Source: an uncultured Acidobacteriota bacterium (GTDB lineage: Bacteria > Acidobacteriota > Thermoanaerobaculia > Multivoradales > JBCCEF01). Taken from it: a DNA stretch of 64,000 nucleotides. The notes beneath the pieces are model-generated. The model did not search any database. It saw only the letters and a program-made list of their open reading frames with translations, and was not told the origin of the DNA. The position numbers and the translations under genes are program-made. The DNA is taken from positions 1,123,226-1,187,225 of the forward strand of contig CAVSQV010000003.1 of NCBI GenBank assembly GCA_963730155.1, in the 5' to 3' direction. Positions 38,289-48,491 of the stretch are shown in pieces (position 1 is the stretch's first letter; each line of letters begins with the position of its first letter).

Positions 38289-41200
38289 GTGAAGTCGCTC
38301 CTCTCGCGCGCGCTCCTTGTCCCCGCCGCCGTCCTTACCCTCGCCGCCGCGGTCAAGGCGCAGCCCGTCGCCTACGACATCGTCTACGTGCGCCAGCCGC
38401 GCTTCGGCGACCACGACAACACGACCTGGCCCGAGGTGTTCCATCCGGCGCGCGCTCGATCCGGGCGCCGACCTCGATGCTGCTCCATCCCGACGGCAGC
38501 GAGGAGGTGCTGGTCGCCGGCGGCAACGGCGCGGTCACCGATCCGTTCGTCTCGTTCGACGCGCAGTGGGTCTACTACGCGCTACTTCCCCGACGTGCGC
38601 GCCGGAGCCGATCAACTAGCAGCGCGACCTGCCCTACGACGGCGCCGACATCTACCGCATCCACCTCGCGACGCCGCGCAGGTCGAGCAGCTCACCTTCG
38701 GCGAGTTCACGCCGAACACCGGCGCCGGCAACTGGGACGAGTCCAACCCGCTCGACCCGCCGGCGCGGCTTCAACCGGCTCGGCTACGGCATCCTGAACC
38801 TCGGCCCGTGCCCGCTCGCCGGCGGCAAGATCGCGTTCACCAGCAACCGCAACGGCTTCGTGCCGCCGAAGGGCTTCACCAACCCGACGCTGCAGCTCTT
38901 CGTGATGGACGAGGACGGCGCGAACGTGACGCCGATCGCGCCGATGAACATCGGCAGCGCGCTCCACCCGACGCCGCTGCGCGACGGGCGCCTGATGTTC
39001 ACCTCGCTACGAGAGCCAGGGCCTGCGCGACCGGCGCCTGTGGGGCATCTGGACGATCTAGCCCGACGGCCGGCAGCTGGGAGCCGGTGGTCAGCGCGTT
39101 CCGCGAGCGCGCAGGCGTTCCACTTCATGACCCAGCTCGGCGACGGCGACCTCGTCGTCGTCGACTACTACAACCTGAACAACAACGGCTTCGGCGCGCT
39201 CTACCGCTTGCCGGCTGCAGCCGCCGCCCGGCGAGCCGCGCGTTCCACTCCGCGTTCCTCGAGCGAGAACCCGCCGATCGACCAGACGATCGGCGACGGG
39301 CTTCTCGCTACCCGTTCCGCATGCCGTTCACGCCGCGCGGCATGTACTCGATCACGCCGTTCACGCACGGCGACGACGAGGCGGCGCCGGTCGGCGCCGG
39401 CGGCGTGCGCGTCGGCAAGTTCACGCACCCGTCGGCGGCGCCGAACAACGACCTGCTCGTCGTGTGGACGCCGGGGCCGGCGAACGACCTCGACCGGCCG
39501 ACGACCGCTGCCGTACTACGACGCCGGCCTCTACCTCATCCCGGGCGGCGACGTCGGTCGACGCGCCCGCCGAGCTGGTGCTGATCAAGAACGACCCGGC
39601 CTACAACGAGGCGTGGCCGCGCGCGGTCGTGCCGTACGCGGCCGTGCACGGCGTCGCCGAGCCGGCGACGCTGCCGTGGCTGCCCGAACGACGGCACGCG
39701 TGCACGCCGAGCTGCCCGCCGGCACGCCGTACGGCCTGGTCGGCACGTCAGCAGCTTCTACAAGCGCGAGAGCTTCCCCGGCTGCGTGCACGCCGTGGGC
39801 CGACACCTTCGACGGGCTCGACGCCTTCAACACCTGCGAGAACGGCCAGAGCAGCAACTGGGACACGCAGGGCGCCGACGCCGGCAAGTACGCCGAACGC
39901 CGACATCTGGGCGGTGCGCATCGCTCGCGATGGAGCCGAACACGCACCGCAGCTACGGCCCGAACGAGCGGCGCGGCAGCTCTTCGCGAGCCACGCGAAC
40001 GAGCGCCTGCGCATCCTCGGCGAGATCCCGCTGCGCAAGCTCGACGGCCGGCGGCAGCCCGATCCTCGACCCCGAGGGCAATCCCGACACCAGCTTCCTG
40101 GCGAAGATCCCGGCCGACACGCCGTTCACGTTCCAGACGCTCGACCGCAACGGCATGGTGCTCAACATGGCGCAGACCTGGCACCAGGTGCGGCCGGGCG
40201 AGGTGCGCGACGACTGCGGCGGCTGCCACGCGCACAGCCAGCAGCCGCTCGCCTTCGAGCCGACCGCCGCCGGCGCAGCCCGGCTACCCGGTCGCCGACC
40301 TCGTCGCAGGCGACGCCGCTGCTCACGCACGACGCCGGCGGCCAGCCCGACGCTCGCGGCGGTCGAGCGCGCCGCGTCGTCGACGTCGAGTTCTACCGCG
40401 ACATCCGGCCGATCCTGCAGCGCAGCTGCGTCGCGCCTGCCACACCAGTCGGCCCGACGCCGCCGCGGCAACCTCGTGCTCGACGACCTCGCGCGTCTAC
40501 GGCGGCCTGCCCGGCGACTACACGCGCCTCGCGCGACGACGACCGAGGCGCAGTGGGGCCATCCGCCGGTGATCGGCAACGGCACCTGGCGGCAGACCAA
40601 CGCGAGCCGCTACGTGCGCGCGTTCCAGAGCCGGCGCAGCCTGCTCGTCTGGAAGATCTTCGGCCAGCGCCTCGACGGCTGGACCAACGCCGACCATCCG
40701 ACCGAGATCGGTGCCCGGCAACGCCGAGCACGCTGCCGCCCGGCGCCGACGCCGAACGAAGCCGACCTCGACTACACCGGCACGATCATGCCGCCGCCCG
40801 GCAGCGGCTGCCGCTGACCATCGACGAGAAGATGACGATCGCGCGCTGGATCGACCTCGGCTGCCCGATCGACACCGCGCGACGTCGGCAGCCACGGCTA
40901 CGGCTGGTTCCTCGACGACCTGCAGGCCGACGCTCGCACGTCAGCGTCGCCGCGCCCCGGCTTCAACCCCGACCCGGTGCTCGCGCTCCGCGTCGGCGTC
41001 GCCGACGCGCAACTCCGGCATCGACCTCGGGTCGCTCTCGGTCACCGCCGACTTCCCGGTCGCGGGCCGCCCGCCCGGCGCCGAGCTCGCCGACCTCGCG
41101 GTCGAGCAGGCGCCGGGGGTCTACGCGATCCTGCTCGCGCAGCCGCTGCCCGAGCTGACCGCCGCCACCCTCTCTGCCGAGGTCGCCGATCACCAGGGCA

Positions 41201-41304
41201 ACGTGACCCGGGTGGCGCGGCGCTTCTCGACCGTCGAGGCGCTGATCTTTGCCGACGGGTTCATAAGCGGCGACACTACGGCGTGGTCGTCGACCACGCC
41301 GTAG
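38289..41304 (+). pseudogene. Large secreted beta-propeller (PD40-like) protein with CxxCH haem-c motifs (tentatively 'HzsA-related' type), reading frame broken many times
   Basis: Signal peptide MKSLLSRALLVPAAVLTLAAAVKAQ. Protein-like segments alternate among all three frames (YDIVYVRQPRFGD, LLHPDGSEEVLVAGGNGAVTDPFVSFDAQWVYYA, GFTNPTLQLFVMDEDGANVTPIAPMNIGSALHPTPLRDGRLMFTS, AFHFMTQLGDGDLVVVDYYNLNNNGFGALYRLP, DDCGGCHAHS). Intact C-terminus ...FADGFISGDTTAWSSTTP. Confidence 0.7.
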
Positions 41305-41358
41305 CGCCCGCGCTCATGGGGCGTTCGACCTGCGCCATGCGGCGCAGGTCTCGGCTGC

Positions 41359-42672
41359 ATGAGCGGGGGCGTCGGGGCGATGCGCCGGAGCCGGGCGGAC
41401 GGCGCCCTTCCGGGCGCGGGCGGGCGGGGAATGCGTCCCGCGGCCGGGGCGTTGCCACGCTCGATGCCCGGCGCCGCGCCCTCCGCAGTCCGCCCGGCCC
41501 ACCGCCGAACCGCCGCGGCGACCCTGCTCGCCGCGGCGACGCTCGTGCCTGCGGCATGGGCCGAACCCGTGCCGCCGCCCGCCTCGATCCTCGACGACGC
41601 CGTCTTCACCGCCCGCCTCGGGCCGGCGCTCGATCTCCTCTACGATCTCGACCTCGAGGCCGCCGAGCGCGAGTTGGGGGCGCTCGCGGCGCGCCACCCC
41701 GGCCATCCCGCCGGTCCGCTCCTGGGCGCGCTCGCCGACTGGTGGCGGGTGCAGCTCGACCCCGCCGACGAGTCGCGGGACGCCGCGCTCGAGGCGCGCA
41801 TCGACGAGGTGCTGCGGCTCTCCGAGGCACGCCTCGACGCCGACCCTGACGATCCCGACGGGCTGTTTTTTCAAGCCGCGGCGCTCGCCCTGCGCGGCCG
41901 GCTGGCGTCGCAGCGCGACCGGCTGATCCCGGCCGCCTGGGACGGCAAGCGGGCGCTCGCGCTGGTCCGCCGCCTGGCCGAGCTGCAACCCGACAACCGC
42001 GATCTCCTGTTCGGGCTCGGCGCCTACGACTATTGCGCCGACGTCGTCCCCGACCGCTACCCGCTGTTCAAGCCGCTGGTGCCGTTCTTCCCGCGCGGCG
42101 ACCGCGAGCGCGGGCTGGCCCAGCTCGAGGCGGTCAAGAGCGGCGGCCGCTTCGCCCGGGCCGAGGCGGCGTGGCTCCTGGCGCAGCTCCACTACCAGTT
42201 CGAGGAGGACCGCGCGGCGAGCCTCGAGCAGGTGCGCTGGCTGCGCGGCCGCTACCCCGGCAACGCGCTCTTCCACGCCTTCGAGGGGCGGATCCACGCG
42301 CGCTGGCAGGACTGCGGGCGCGCCGAGCCGGTCTACCGCTCGGTGCTCGACCGCGCCGCCGCCGGCCGCACCGGCTACAACCGGACGCGCGAGATCGAGG
42401 CCCACTACGGGATCGGCCGCTGCGCGGTCGAGAGCGGACGCTACGAGGCGGCACCGCGGCACCTCGTGGCGGCCGAGCGGCTGGCCGCCGCCGGGCAGCC
42501 CGATTCCCCCTATCGCTCGCTCGCCCGCCTGCGCCTGGGCCAGGCCGCCGACGGCCGCGGTGAGCGCGCCGCGGCGGTCCGCCACTACAAGGCCGCCCTC
42601 GCGCTCCCCGACGCCTCCGGCGCTCACCGCCGGGCGCGGCGTCACCTTCGTCAGCCGTATGAGGGTTCTTGA
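41359..42672 (+). CDS. Secreted TPR-like / helical-repeat hypothetical protein; start uncertain
   Basis: Signal-like AATLLAAATLVPAAWA, then helical repeats. The C-terminus is TPR-like (AAVRHYKAAL). Confidence 0.5.
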   Translation: MSGGVGAMRRSRADGALPGAGGRGMRPAAGALPRSMPGAAPSAVRPAHRRTAAATLLAAATLVPAAWAEPVPPPASILDDAVFTARLGPALDLLYDLDLEAAERELGALAARHPGHPAGPLLGALADWWRVQLDPADESRDAALEARIDEVLRLSEARLDADPDDPDGLFFQAAALALRGRLASQRDRLIPAAWDGKRALALVRRLAELQPDNRDLLFGLGAYDYCADVVPDRYPLFKPLVPFFPRGDRERGLAQLEAVKSGGRFARAEAAWLLAQLHYQFEEDRAASLEQVRWLRGRYPGNALFHAFEGRIHARWQDCGRAEPVYRSVLDRAAAGRTGYNRTREIEAHYGIGRCAVESGRYEAAPRHLVAAERLAAAGQPDSPYRSLARLRLGQAADGRGERAAAVRHYKAALALPDASGAHRRARRHLRQPYEGS

Positions 42673-42694
42673 GGGGGGCTGTTCCAGCCTGTCC

Positions 42695-43825
42695 TCACGG
42701 CCGCCGGGCACGCCCTCCCTCGCCGCCGGATCGCCCAAGAGGGGATCTCCGCGCCGGGGCCTCGAGGCCGGCGGCGAAGTCGCGCAGCGCGAACCACGCC
42801 GGCTTGCGCGTCAGGTCGGGGCGCAGCAGGCCGAAGCGCGGCGCGTCGCCGGGGCCGTCGTGGATCTCGTAGATGAAGATCTTGTGCAGCCAGCCGCGGC
42901 CCGGGCGGCCGCCGAGCCAGTCGGCGAGCAGGCCGCGTAGCTCCCGCGCCTGCCACGACTCGCTCGGGTGGCGGGCGATGCCGCCGGCGACCGTCGGCCA
43001 GCCGGTCTCGGTGATCCAGAACGGCCGCCCGAGCCAGCCGGCCAGCTCCAGCACCTCGTGCACCGAGGGCGGCCAGAGGTCCCAGAGCAGCGGCGTCGCG
43101 GGCGACGAGGTCGAGCGCTCGAGCCGGCGGGTGACGTCGCGATGGCCGTCGAAGTCGTAGATGTGGTGGGTGGCGAAGTCGAGCCGGTCGCCGGCGCGCA
43201 CCAGGACCTCGTAGAGCCAGCGGTGCCAGTCGACGTCCCCCTCGACGCGGTGGCTCAGCGCCGGGCCGCCGACCCACGCCTCGGGGTCGGCGGCGTGGAG
43301 GGCGTCGGCGGCGGGGATCAGGATGCGCTCGATGTAGTCGTCGCGGTCGCCGGCGAAGAAGCGCGGCAGGTTGGGCTCGTTCCAGACCTCCCAGTGGCCG
43401 ATCCGGCCGCGGTAGCGGTCGGCGGCGGCGAAGCAGAAGAGCTGCCAGCGGTGGACGTCGCGCGGCACGCCGGTGCCCGCCGGGCCGTCGGTGGCCCAGG
43501 CCGGGGTGGTCTGGAGCAGGCCGAGGATCGACAGGCCGCGCGCCCGCGCGCCGGTGACCAGCTCGTCGTAGACCCGCCAGGTGAAGACCCCCGGCTCGCG
43601 CTCGACGTCGGCCCAGACGAAGTCGACCCGCACCCAGCCGGCGCCGGCCGCGGCCGTGGCGTCGAGGAGGTGCGCGCCGTGCTCGCCCCGCGGCGCGTGG
43701 ACGTTGAGGCCGAGCGGCGAGCCCGGGTCGGCGGCCGCCGGGGCCGGCGCGAGGGCGGCCGCGGCGAGGAGCAGGGCGAGCGCCCCGGCTCCGGCCCCGC
43801 CTCCGACCCGGTGCTCGCCTGCCAT
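42695..43825 (-). CDS. Secreted glycoside hydrolase, clan GH-A (GH5/GH39-like)
   Basis: Signal peptide. HWEVWNEPN is an acid/base motif and FWITETGW is a nucleophile motif. Confidence 0.7.
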   Translation of the reverse strand: MAGEHRVGGGAGAGALALLLAAAALAPAPAAADPGSPLGLNVHAPRGEHGAHLLDATAAAGAGWVRVDFVWADVEREPGVFTWRVYDELVTGARARGLSILGLLQTTPAWATDGPAGTGVPRDVHRWQLFCFAAADRYRGRIGHWEVWNEPNLPRFFAGDRDDYIERILIPAADALHAADPEAWVGGPALSHRVEGDVDWHRWLYEVLVRAGDRLDFATHHIYDFDGHRDVTRRLERSTSSPATPLLWDLWPPSVHEVLELAGWLGRPFWITETGWPTVAGGIARHPSESWQARELRGLLADWLGGRPGRGWLHKIFIYEIHDGPGDAPRFGLLRPDLTRKPAWFALRDFAAGLEAPARRSPLGRSGGEGGRARRP

Positions 43826-43900
43826 GCCGCCACCCCCCGCTCTGCTTGTACGATGCGACCTCCGGGCGCGCGCCGTAAACCATCCCCGAGGGTCCGCTCC

Positions 43901-46309
43901 ATGCTATACCGCCATCGCCGCGCCGCCGCCCTCGCCCTCTTTCTCGCCGCGGCCGCTCCCGCCGCCGCCCAGGACGACTTCGATCCGGCGGCCGAGGCCG
44001 CGCCGCCGGCGGCGCCGGCCGCCGCGATCGAGCGGGTGACGCTCTACTTCGACCCCGCGCTGTCGACCCCGACCGGGCTCCAGGACGCCGCTCTGGCGCT
44101 CGCCCGCCGCGCGCGCGAGCTGACCGCGCTGGGGCCGGTCGAGGTGGTGCTCGCCGATCCCGAGCCGGAGCCGCTCCTCGCCGCCACCCGCGACCCCGAC
44201 GCGCTCGCCGCGACCCTCGGCATGGTCGCCGACGAAGGGGGCTCGGCCGGCGCCCTGGCCGAGATCCGCTACGAGCTGATCGACCTGCTCGACGCCGGCG
44301 CCGCGGACGAGGGGGACGACCTGCGCCGCCTGTACGCCGACGAGACCGCGCTCCTGGCGCGCGCCTGGGGACGGCTCGCCGGCTGGCTGGCGCTCCGCGG
44401 CTCGCCGGGCGGCGCGCTCCTGGTCCTGGCCAGCGACGGCTTCGACGCCGATCCCGCCGAGTTCTATCGCGCCCGGGCCGGCGGCGTGCCGGCGGACGCG
44501 GGGGCCGCGCCGCCGGACTGGAGCGGGGTCGGCCGGGCCGCCGCCGCGGGACGCTGGATCGCCGTGCCGCTCGCCCTCGGCGACCCGGCCGGCGCCTTCG
44601 CCGCGCCGCACGCCCCGCTCGCCGCCCTCGCCGCCGCCACCGGCGGCGAACTGGTGACCAGCGACGCCGGCCTCTCCGGCGCCCTCGTCCGCTTGCGCAG
44701 CGGCGCGGCCGCGGCGGTGGCGGCGGGCGCGGAGGCCGGGGGAGAAGCAGCGCCGGCGGGCGAGGAGATCGCCGCGGCGGAGGCCGGCGGCGCCCCGGCG
44801 CCGGAGCCGGGCGGCGGCATCCCGGCCGGCGGCATCCCGCCCGGCGCCGGGCGGGCACCCGCCGGCACCCCGCCTTCCCCGCCGCCGGGCCGCAGCGATC
44901 GCCCGCCGGCCGCCGCCGCCGCGGGCGGCCGCGCCCTCGTGCTGCTGCCGCCGCGCCGCCCCGGGATCGGCCGGGTCGGCGGCGCGATCGAGGGAGCGGT
45001 CAGCGGCCGGGTCCGCTTCGACACCCTGACCACCCGCGACGACATCGCCCGGGTGGACTTCTCGCTCGACGGCGCCGAGGCCGCCACCGACGACGACCCG
45101 CCGTTCTCGGCGGTGATCGACCTCGGCGCCGAGCCGCGGCCGCGCAAGGTCCGCGCGGTCGCCTACTCGTCCGGCGGCCGCGAGCTGGGGGCGAGCGAGA
45201 TCGAGGTCAACCCCGCGGTCGAGACGCCGTTCGGGGTCCGCATCGCCGCCGTCGAGGGGGAGCCGGAGAGCGGCGCGGTCGAGGTCGAGGCGGCGGTGTC
45301 GGTCCCGTCCGACCGCCGCCTCGAACGGGTCGAGTGGTACTTCAACGACACCCTGGCGGCGAGCCGCGCCGAGCCGCCGTTCCGCGCCCGGGTGGCGACC
45401 CCGACCGCCCGCCCCGAGGACTTCCTGCGCGTGGTCGCCCTCCTCGCCGACGGCTCGGCGGCCGACGACGCGGTGCTGCTCGCCGCGCGCGGCGAGATCG
45501 AGCGCCTCGAGGTCAATGTCGTCGAGGTCTTCGCCATGGTCTCCGACCGCGACGGCGAGCCGGTGCGCGGCCTCGGCGCCGAGGACTTCACGGTCAAGGT
45601 CGGCGGCCGCGAGCTGCCGGTCGAGAGCTTCCGGATCGCCGACGAGGTGCCGCTCCTCCTCGGCCTCCTGGTCGACACCTCGACCAGCATGTGGCCGCTG
45701 ATGCCCGACACCAAGCGCGCGGCGGCGAGCTTCCTCGCCGACACCCTGCGCCCCGGGGACTCCGCGTTCCTGGTCTCGTTCGACGACCGGCCGCGGCTGG
45801 TCCACCCGCCGACCGGCGAGCTGGTCGAGCTGCTCGCGGCGTTCGGCGGCCTGCGTGCCGCCGGCCGCACCGCGCTCTACGACGCCATCGTCTTCTCCCT
45901 CACCCAGATGGAGGGGGACGCCGGACGCCGCGCGCTGGTGCTCCTCACCGACGGCCAGGACTGGGGGAGCCAGTACGGCCCGGGCCGCGCGATCGAGCTG
46001 GGGCGGGCGCTCGGCGTGCCGGTCTACATCCTGGTCTTCGGCGACCTCTACGGCGACCGCCGTGCGCTCACCCAGCCCGACCTCGACGGGGTGACCGCGA
46101 GGACCGGCGGCCGCCTCTTCTACATCGACCAGCTCGAACAGCTCGACCGCGTCTACGCCTCGATCTCCGAGGAGCTGCGCAGCCAGTACGTGCTCGCGGT
46201 CTCGACCGAGCGGCCGCTCTCGGCCGAGGAGCTGGGCCGGGTCGAGGTCGAGGCCGGCAAGGGCCGACGGGTGCGTGCCGCGGTCGGCGGCAGCAGCGGG
46301 TTGCGATAG
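43901..46309 (+). CDS. Large secreted VWA-domain protein (TIGR03436-like) with an Ala/Pro/Gly low-complexity linker
   Basis: Starts MLYRHRRAAALALFLAAAAPAAAQ. The C-terminal part reads LLLGLLVDTSTSM...SAFLVSFDD...GRTALYDAI...ALVLLTDGQD...VYILVFGD. Confidence 0.8.
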   Translation: MLYRHRRAAALALFLAAAAPAAAQDDFDPAAEAAPPAAPAAAIERVTLYFDPALSTPTGLQDAALALARRARELTALGPVEVVLADPEPEPLLAATRDPDALAATLGMVADEGGSAGALAEIRYELIDLLDAGAADEGDDLRRLYADETALLARAWGRLAGWLALRGSPGGALLVLASDGFDADPAEFYRARAGGVPADAGAAPPDWSGVGRAAAAGRWIAVPLALGDPAGAFAAPHAPLAALAAATGGELVTSDAGLSGALVRLRSGAAAAVAAGAEAGGEAAPAGEEIAAAEAGGAPAPEPGGGIPAGGIPPGAGRAPAGTPPSPPPGRSDRPPAAAAAGGRALVLLPPRRPGIGRVGGAIEGAVSGRVRFDTLTTRDDIARVDFSLDGAEAATDDDPPFSAVIDLGAEPRPRKVRAVAYSSGGRELGASEIEVNPAVETPFGVRIAAVEGEPESGAVEVEAAVSVPSDRRLERVEWYFNDTLAASRAEPPFRARVATPTARPEDFLRVVALLADGSAADDAVLLAARGEIERLEVNVVEVFAMVSDRDGEPVRGLGAEDFTVKVGGRELPVESFRIADEVPLLLGLLVDTSTSMWPLMPDTKRAAASFLADTLRPGDSAFLVSFDDRPRLVHPPTGELVELLAAFGGLRAAGRTALYDAIVFSLTQMEGDAGRRALVLLTDGQDWGSQYGPGRAIELGRALGVPVYILVFGDLYGDRRALTQPDLDGVTARTGGRLFYIDQLEQLDRVYASISEELRSQYVLAVSTERPLSAEELGRVEVEAGKGRRVRAAVGGSSGLR

Positions 46310-46332
46310 CCGGCGGGTTAGACTCCGCCGCC

Positions 46333-47415
46333 ATGATCGACGAGTCCTCCCCCGAGAGCGATCCCGGCCGCGGGCACCTGCTCGCGGTCTCCGCGGAGCC
46401 CTTCAACGCCGAGACGCCGATGGCCGCGCTGGCCGAGGCGCGGACCCCGACCGACCGCTTCTATGTCCGCAACCACTTCCCGGTGCCGCGCTTCGACGGC
46501 GGCTTCGGGCTGGCGGTGACCGGCGAGGTCGAGCGGCCGCTCGCGCTCGGTCTCGACGACCTGCTTGCGCTGCCGCGGCGCACCCTGGCGGCGACCCTCG
46601 AGTGCGCCGGCAACGGCCGCTCGCGGATGGAGCCCAGGCCGCCGGGGGTGATCTGGCGCTTCGGCGCCGCCGCCACCGCGGAGTTCACCGGCACGCCGCT
46701 CGCCGCGGTGCTCGAGCGGGCGGCACCGCGGCCCGCGGGAGCCGTGGTGGTGCTGGTCGGCGCCGACTCGGGGCGGGTCGAGACCGGGTCTTCCGACAAC
46801 CACCGCGTGGAGCCGTTCGCGCGCTGTCTCTCCGCGGCCGACGCGCGCGACCCGGATGTCTTGCTGGCCTGGGAGATGAACGGCGAGCCGCTGACCCCCG
46901 ACCACGGTCGTCCGCTGCGCGCCGTGGTGCCCGGGCGCTACGCGGTCGACTCGGTCAAGTGGCTGGTCGAGATCCGCCTCCAGCGCGAGCCGTTCCGCGG
47001 CTTCTTCCAGGAGGAGCACTACCGCTACCGCGGCGAGGCCGGCACCCCGGAGGGCGCGGTGGTCGGCCGCCTGCGGGTGCGCTCGGTGATCGCGCGCCCG
47101 GCCGAGGGCACGGAGCACGGCGCGGGCCCGGTCGAGATCGCCGGCGGCGCCTGGTCGGGCGGCGGCGCGATCACCGCGGTCGACGTCTCGACCGACGGCG
47201 GCGCGAGCTGGCGCCCGGCCGAGCTGGGCACACCGCTGTCCTCCTACGCGGCCACCCCGTGGCGCTTCGAGTGGCAGCCGCCTGGGCCGGGGAGCTACGA
47301 GCTGGTCTCCCGCGCCCGCGACGAAGCCGGCGCGGTCCAGCCGACCGCGCCGCGCTGGAACGCCTTGGGGTATGGCAATAACGAGGCGCACAGGGTGCGC
47401 CTCGTTATCCGCTGA
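46333..47415 (+). CDS. Sulfite-oxidase-family molybdopterin oxidoreductase (no signal peptide)
   Basis: Contains FYVRNHFPVP, LECAGNGR, LLAWEMNGEPL..HG.PLR.VVPG and a C-terminal Ig-like dimerisation domain. Confidence 0.85.
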   Translation: MIDESSPESDPGRGHLLAVSAEPFNAETPMAALAEARTPTDRFYVRNHFPVPRFDGGFGLAVTGEVERPLALGLDDLLALPRRTLAATLECAGNGRSRMEPRPPGVIWRFGAAATAEFTGTPLAAVLERAAPRPAGAVVVLVGADSGRVETGSSDNHRVEPFARCLSAADARDPDVLLAWEMNGEPLTPDHGRPLRAVVPGRYAVDSVKWLVEIRLQREPFRGFFQEEHYRYRGEAGTPEGAVVGRLRVRSVIARPAEGTEHGAGPVEIAGGAWSGGGAITAVDVSTDGGASWRPAELGTPLSSYAATPWRFEWQPPGPGSYELVSRARDEAGAVQPTAPRWNALGYGNNEAHRVRLVIR

Positions 47416-47519
47416 CGCCGTCCGCGGCACGGCCTTTGCTTGACCTTCCTTCGGCTGCGGCGGTAGACCCGTCGGCCTACCCGCCCGCGGCCCTTTGACC
47501 TTCGAGAGGGGGAACGACC

Positions 47520-48479
47520 ATGAACCGACGCACTCCAGCCATTCCGGCTTTCCTGCTCGCCGCCCTGGCGGCGACCGTTTCGCCGTGGGCCGCGCCCGAC
47601 GCCGCCGCCCAGTCGATCGGCGAGGTCCGCATCTACGCCAAGGACCTCACGACCGGCGCCGACCACGCCTGGGTCAACCCCGGCGGCACGCTCGTGCTGC
47701 CGCCGCGCGTCGAGGTGCGCCTGCGCCTCGAGGCGGTCCCGCGCAGCGGCGGGCCGCGCTACCCGAGCGGCCGCTTCGAGGACGCCACGATGCACGCCGC
47801 GGCGCAGGACGCGCGGCGCCGCGGCATCACCGGCTTCCCGACCGGCGACGACGGCCACCGTTTCGCCGGGATCGAGGACGCCAACCCCGAGATGGGCTCG
47901 GCGGTGCTCCAGACCTACGGTCGCGAAGGGGTTTCGGCGATCCGCTACACCATCCTCGACGATGGCCTGACCATGCCCTCCACCCTGCGCACCGGCACCT
48001 TCTTCGTGCGCGTCGACGCCGACGCGAGGCTCACCACCGCGCTGCCCGAGACCGCGCCGCCGATCACCGCCGAGCCGGGCCCGGTCGCCCCGGACGCCGC
48101 GCGCGAGCTGGTCACCGAGATCTACCACGGCATCCTGATGCGCGAGCCGGAGGCCCAGGGGCTCGACGACTGGAGCGATCGGATCGCGGGCCGCGGCTAC
48201 CCGGAGGCGATCTCGGTGGCGATGGAGATCGCCGCGAGCGAGGAGAGCCGCGTCCGGATCTACCAGGACGGCACGACCTACGAGGAGCGCTTGGCCGCGC
48301 TCTACGAGCACCTGCTCGGCATCGAGCCGCGCACGGTCGACCCCGACCGCTGGCGCACCGACCTCGAGCGGCTGCGCGACGGCGAGATCGATCAGGTGGT
48401 CGGCGAGATGGTGCGCAGCGCGGAGTTCCGCCAGCGCTTCGATTTCGCCGACGCCCGCGCGGTCCGCACCCGCGGCTGA
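47520..48479 (+). CDS. Secreted protein with C-terminal DUF4214-like repeats
   Basis: Signal peptide. LVTEIYHGILMREPEAQGLDDWSDRI and LYEHLLGIEPRTVDPDRW...SAEFRQRF fit the DUF4214 pattern. Confidence 0.6.
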   Translation: MNRRTPAIPAFLLAALAATVSPWAAPDAAAQSIGEVRIYAKDLTTGADHAWVNPGGTLVLPPRVEVRLRLEAVPRSGGPRYPSGRFEDATMHAAAQDARRRGITGFPTGDDGHRFAGIEDANPEMGSAVLQTYGREGVSAIRYTILDDGLTMPSTLRTGTFFVRVDADARLTTALPETAPPITAEPGPVAPDAARELVTEIYHGILMREPEAQGLDDWSDRIAGRGYPEAISVAMEIAASEESRVRIYQDGTTYEERLAALYEHLLGIEPRTVDPDRWRTDLERLRDGEIDQVVGEMVRSAEFRQRFDFADARAVRTRG

Positions 48480-48491
48480 GTTTTTGGCCAT

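Noticed and set aside
42670-42700. The TGA stop of the TPR-like gene as a possible second Sec codon, because the downstream frame stays open.
   Set aside because: There is no SECIS-like hairpin at the right spacing. The downstream sequence is antisense to the glycoside-hydrolase gene, and no redox motif surrounds the codon.
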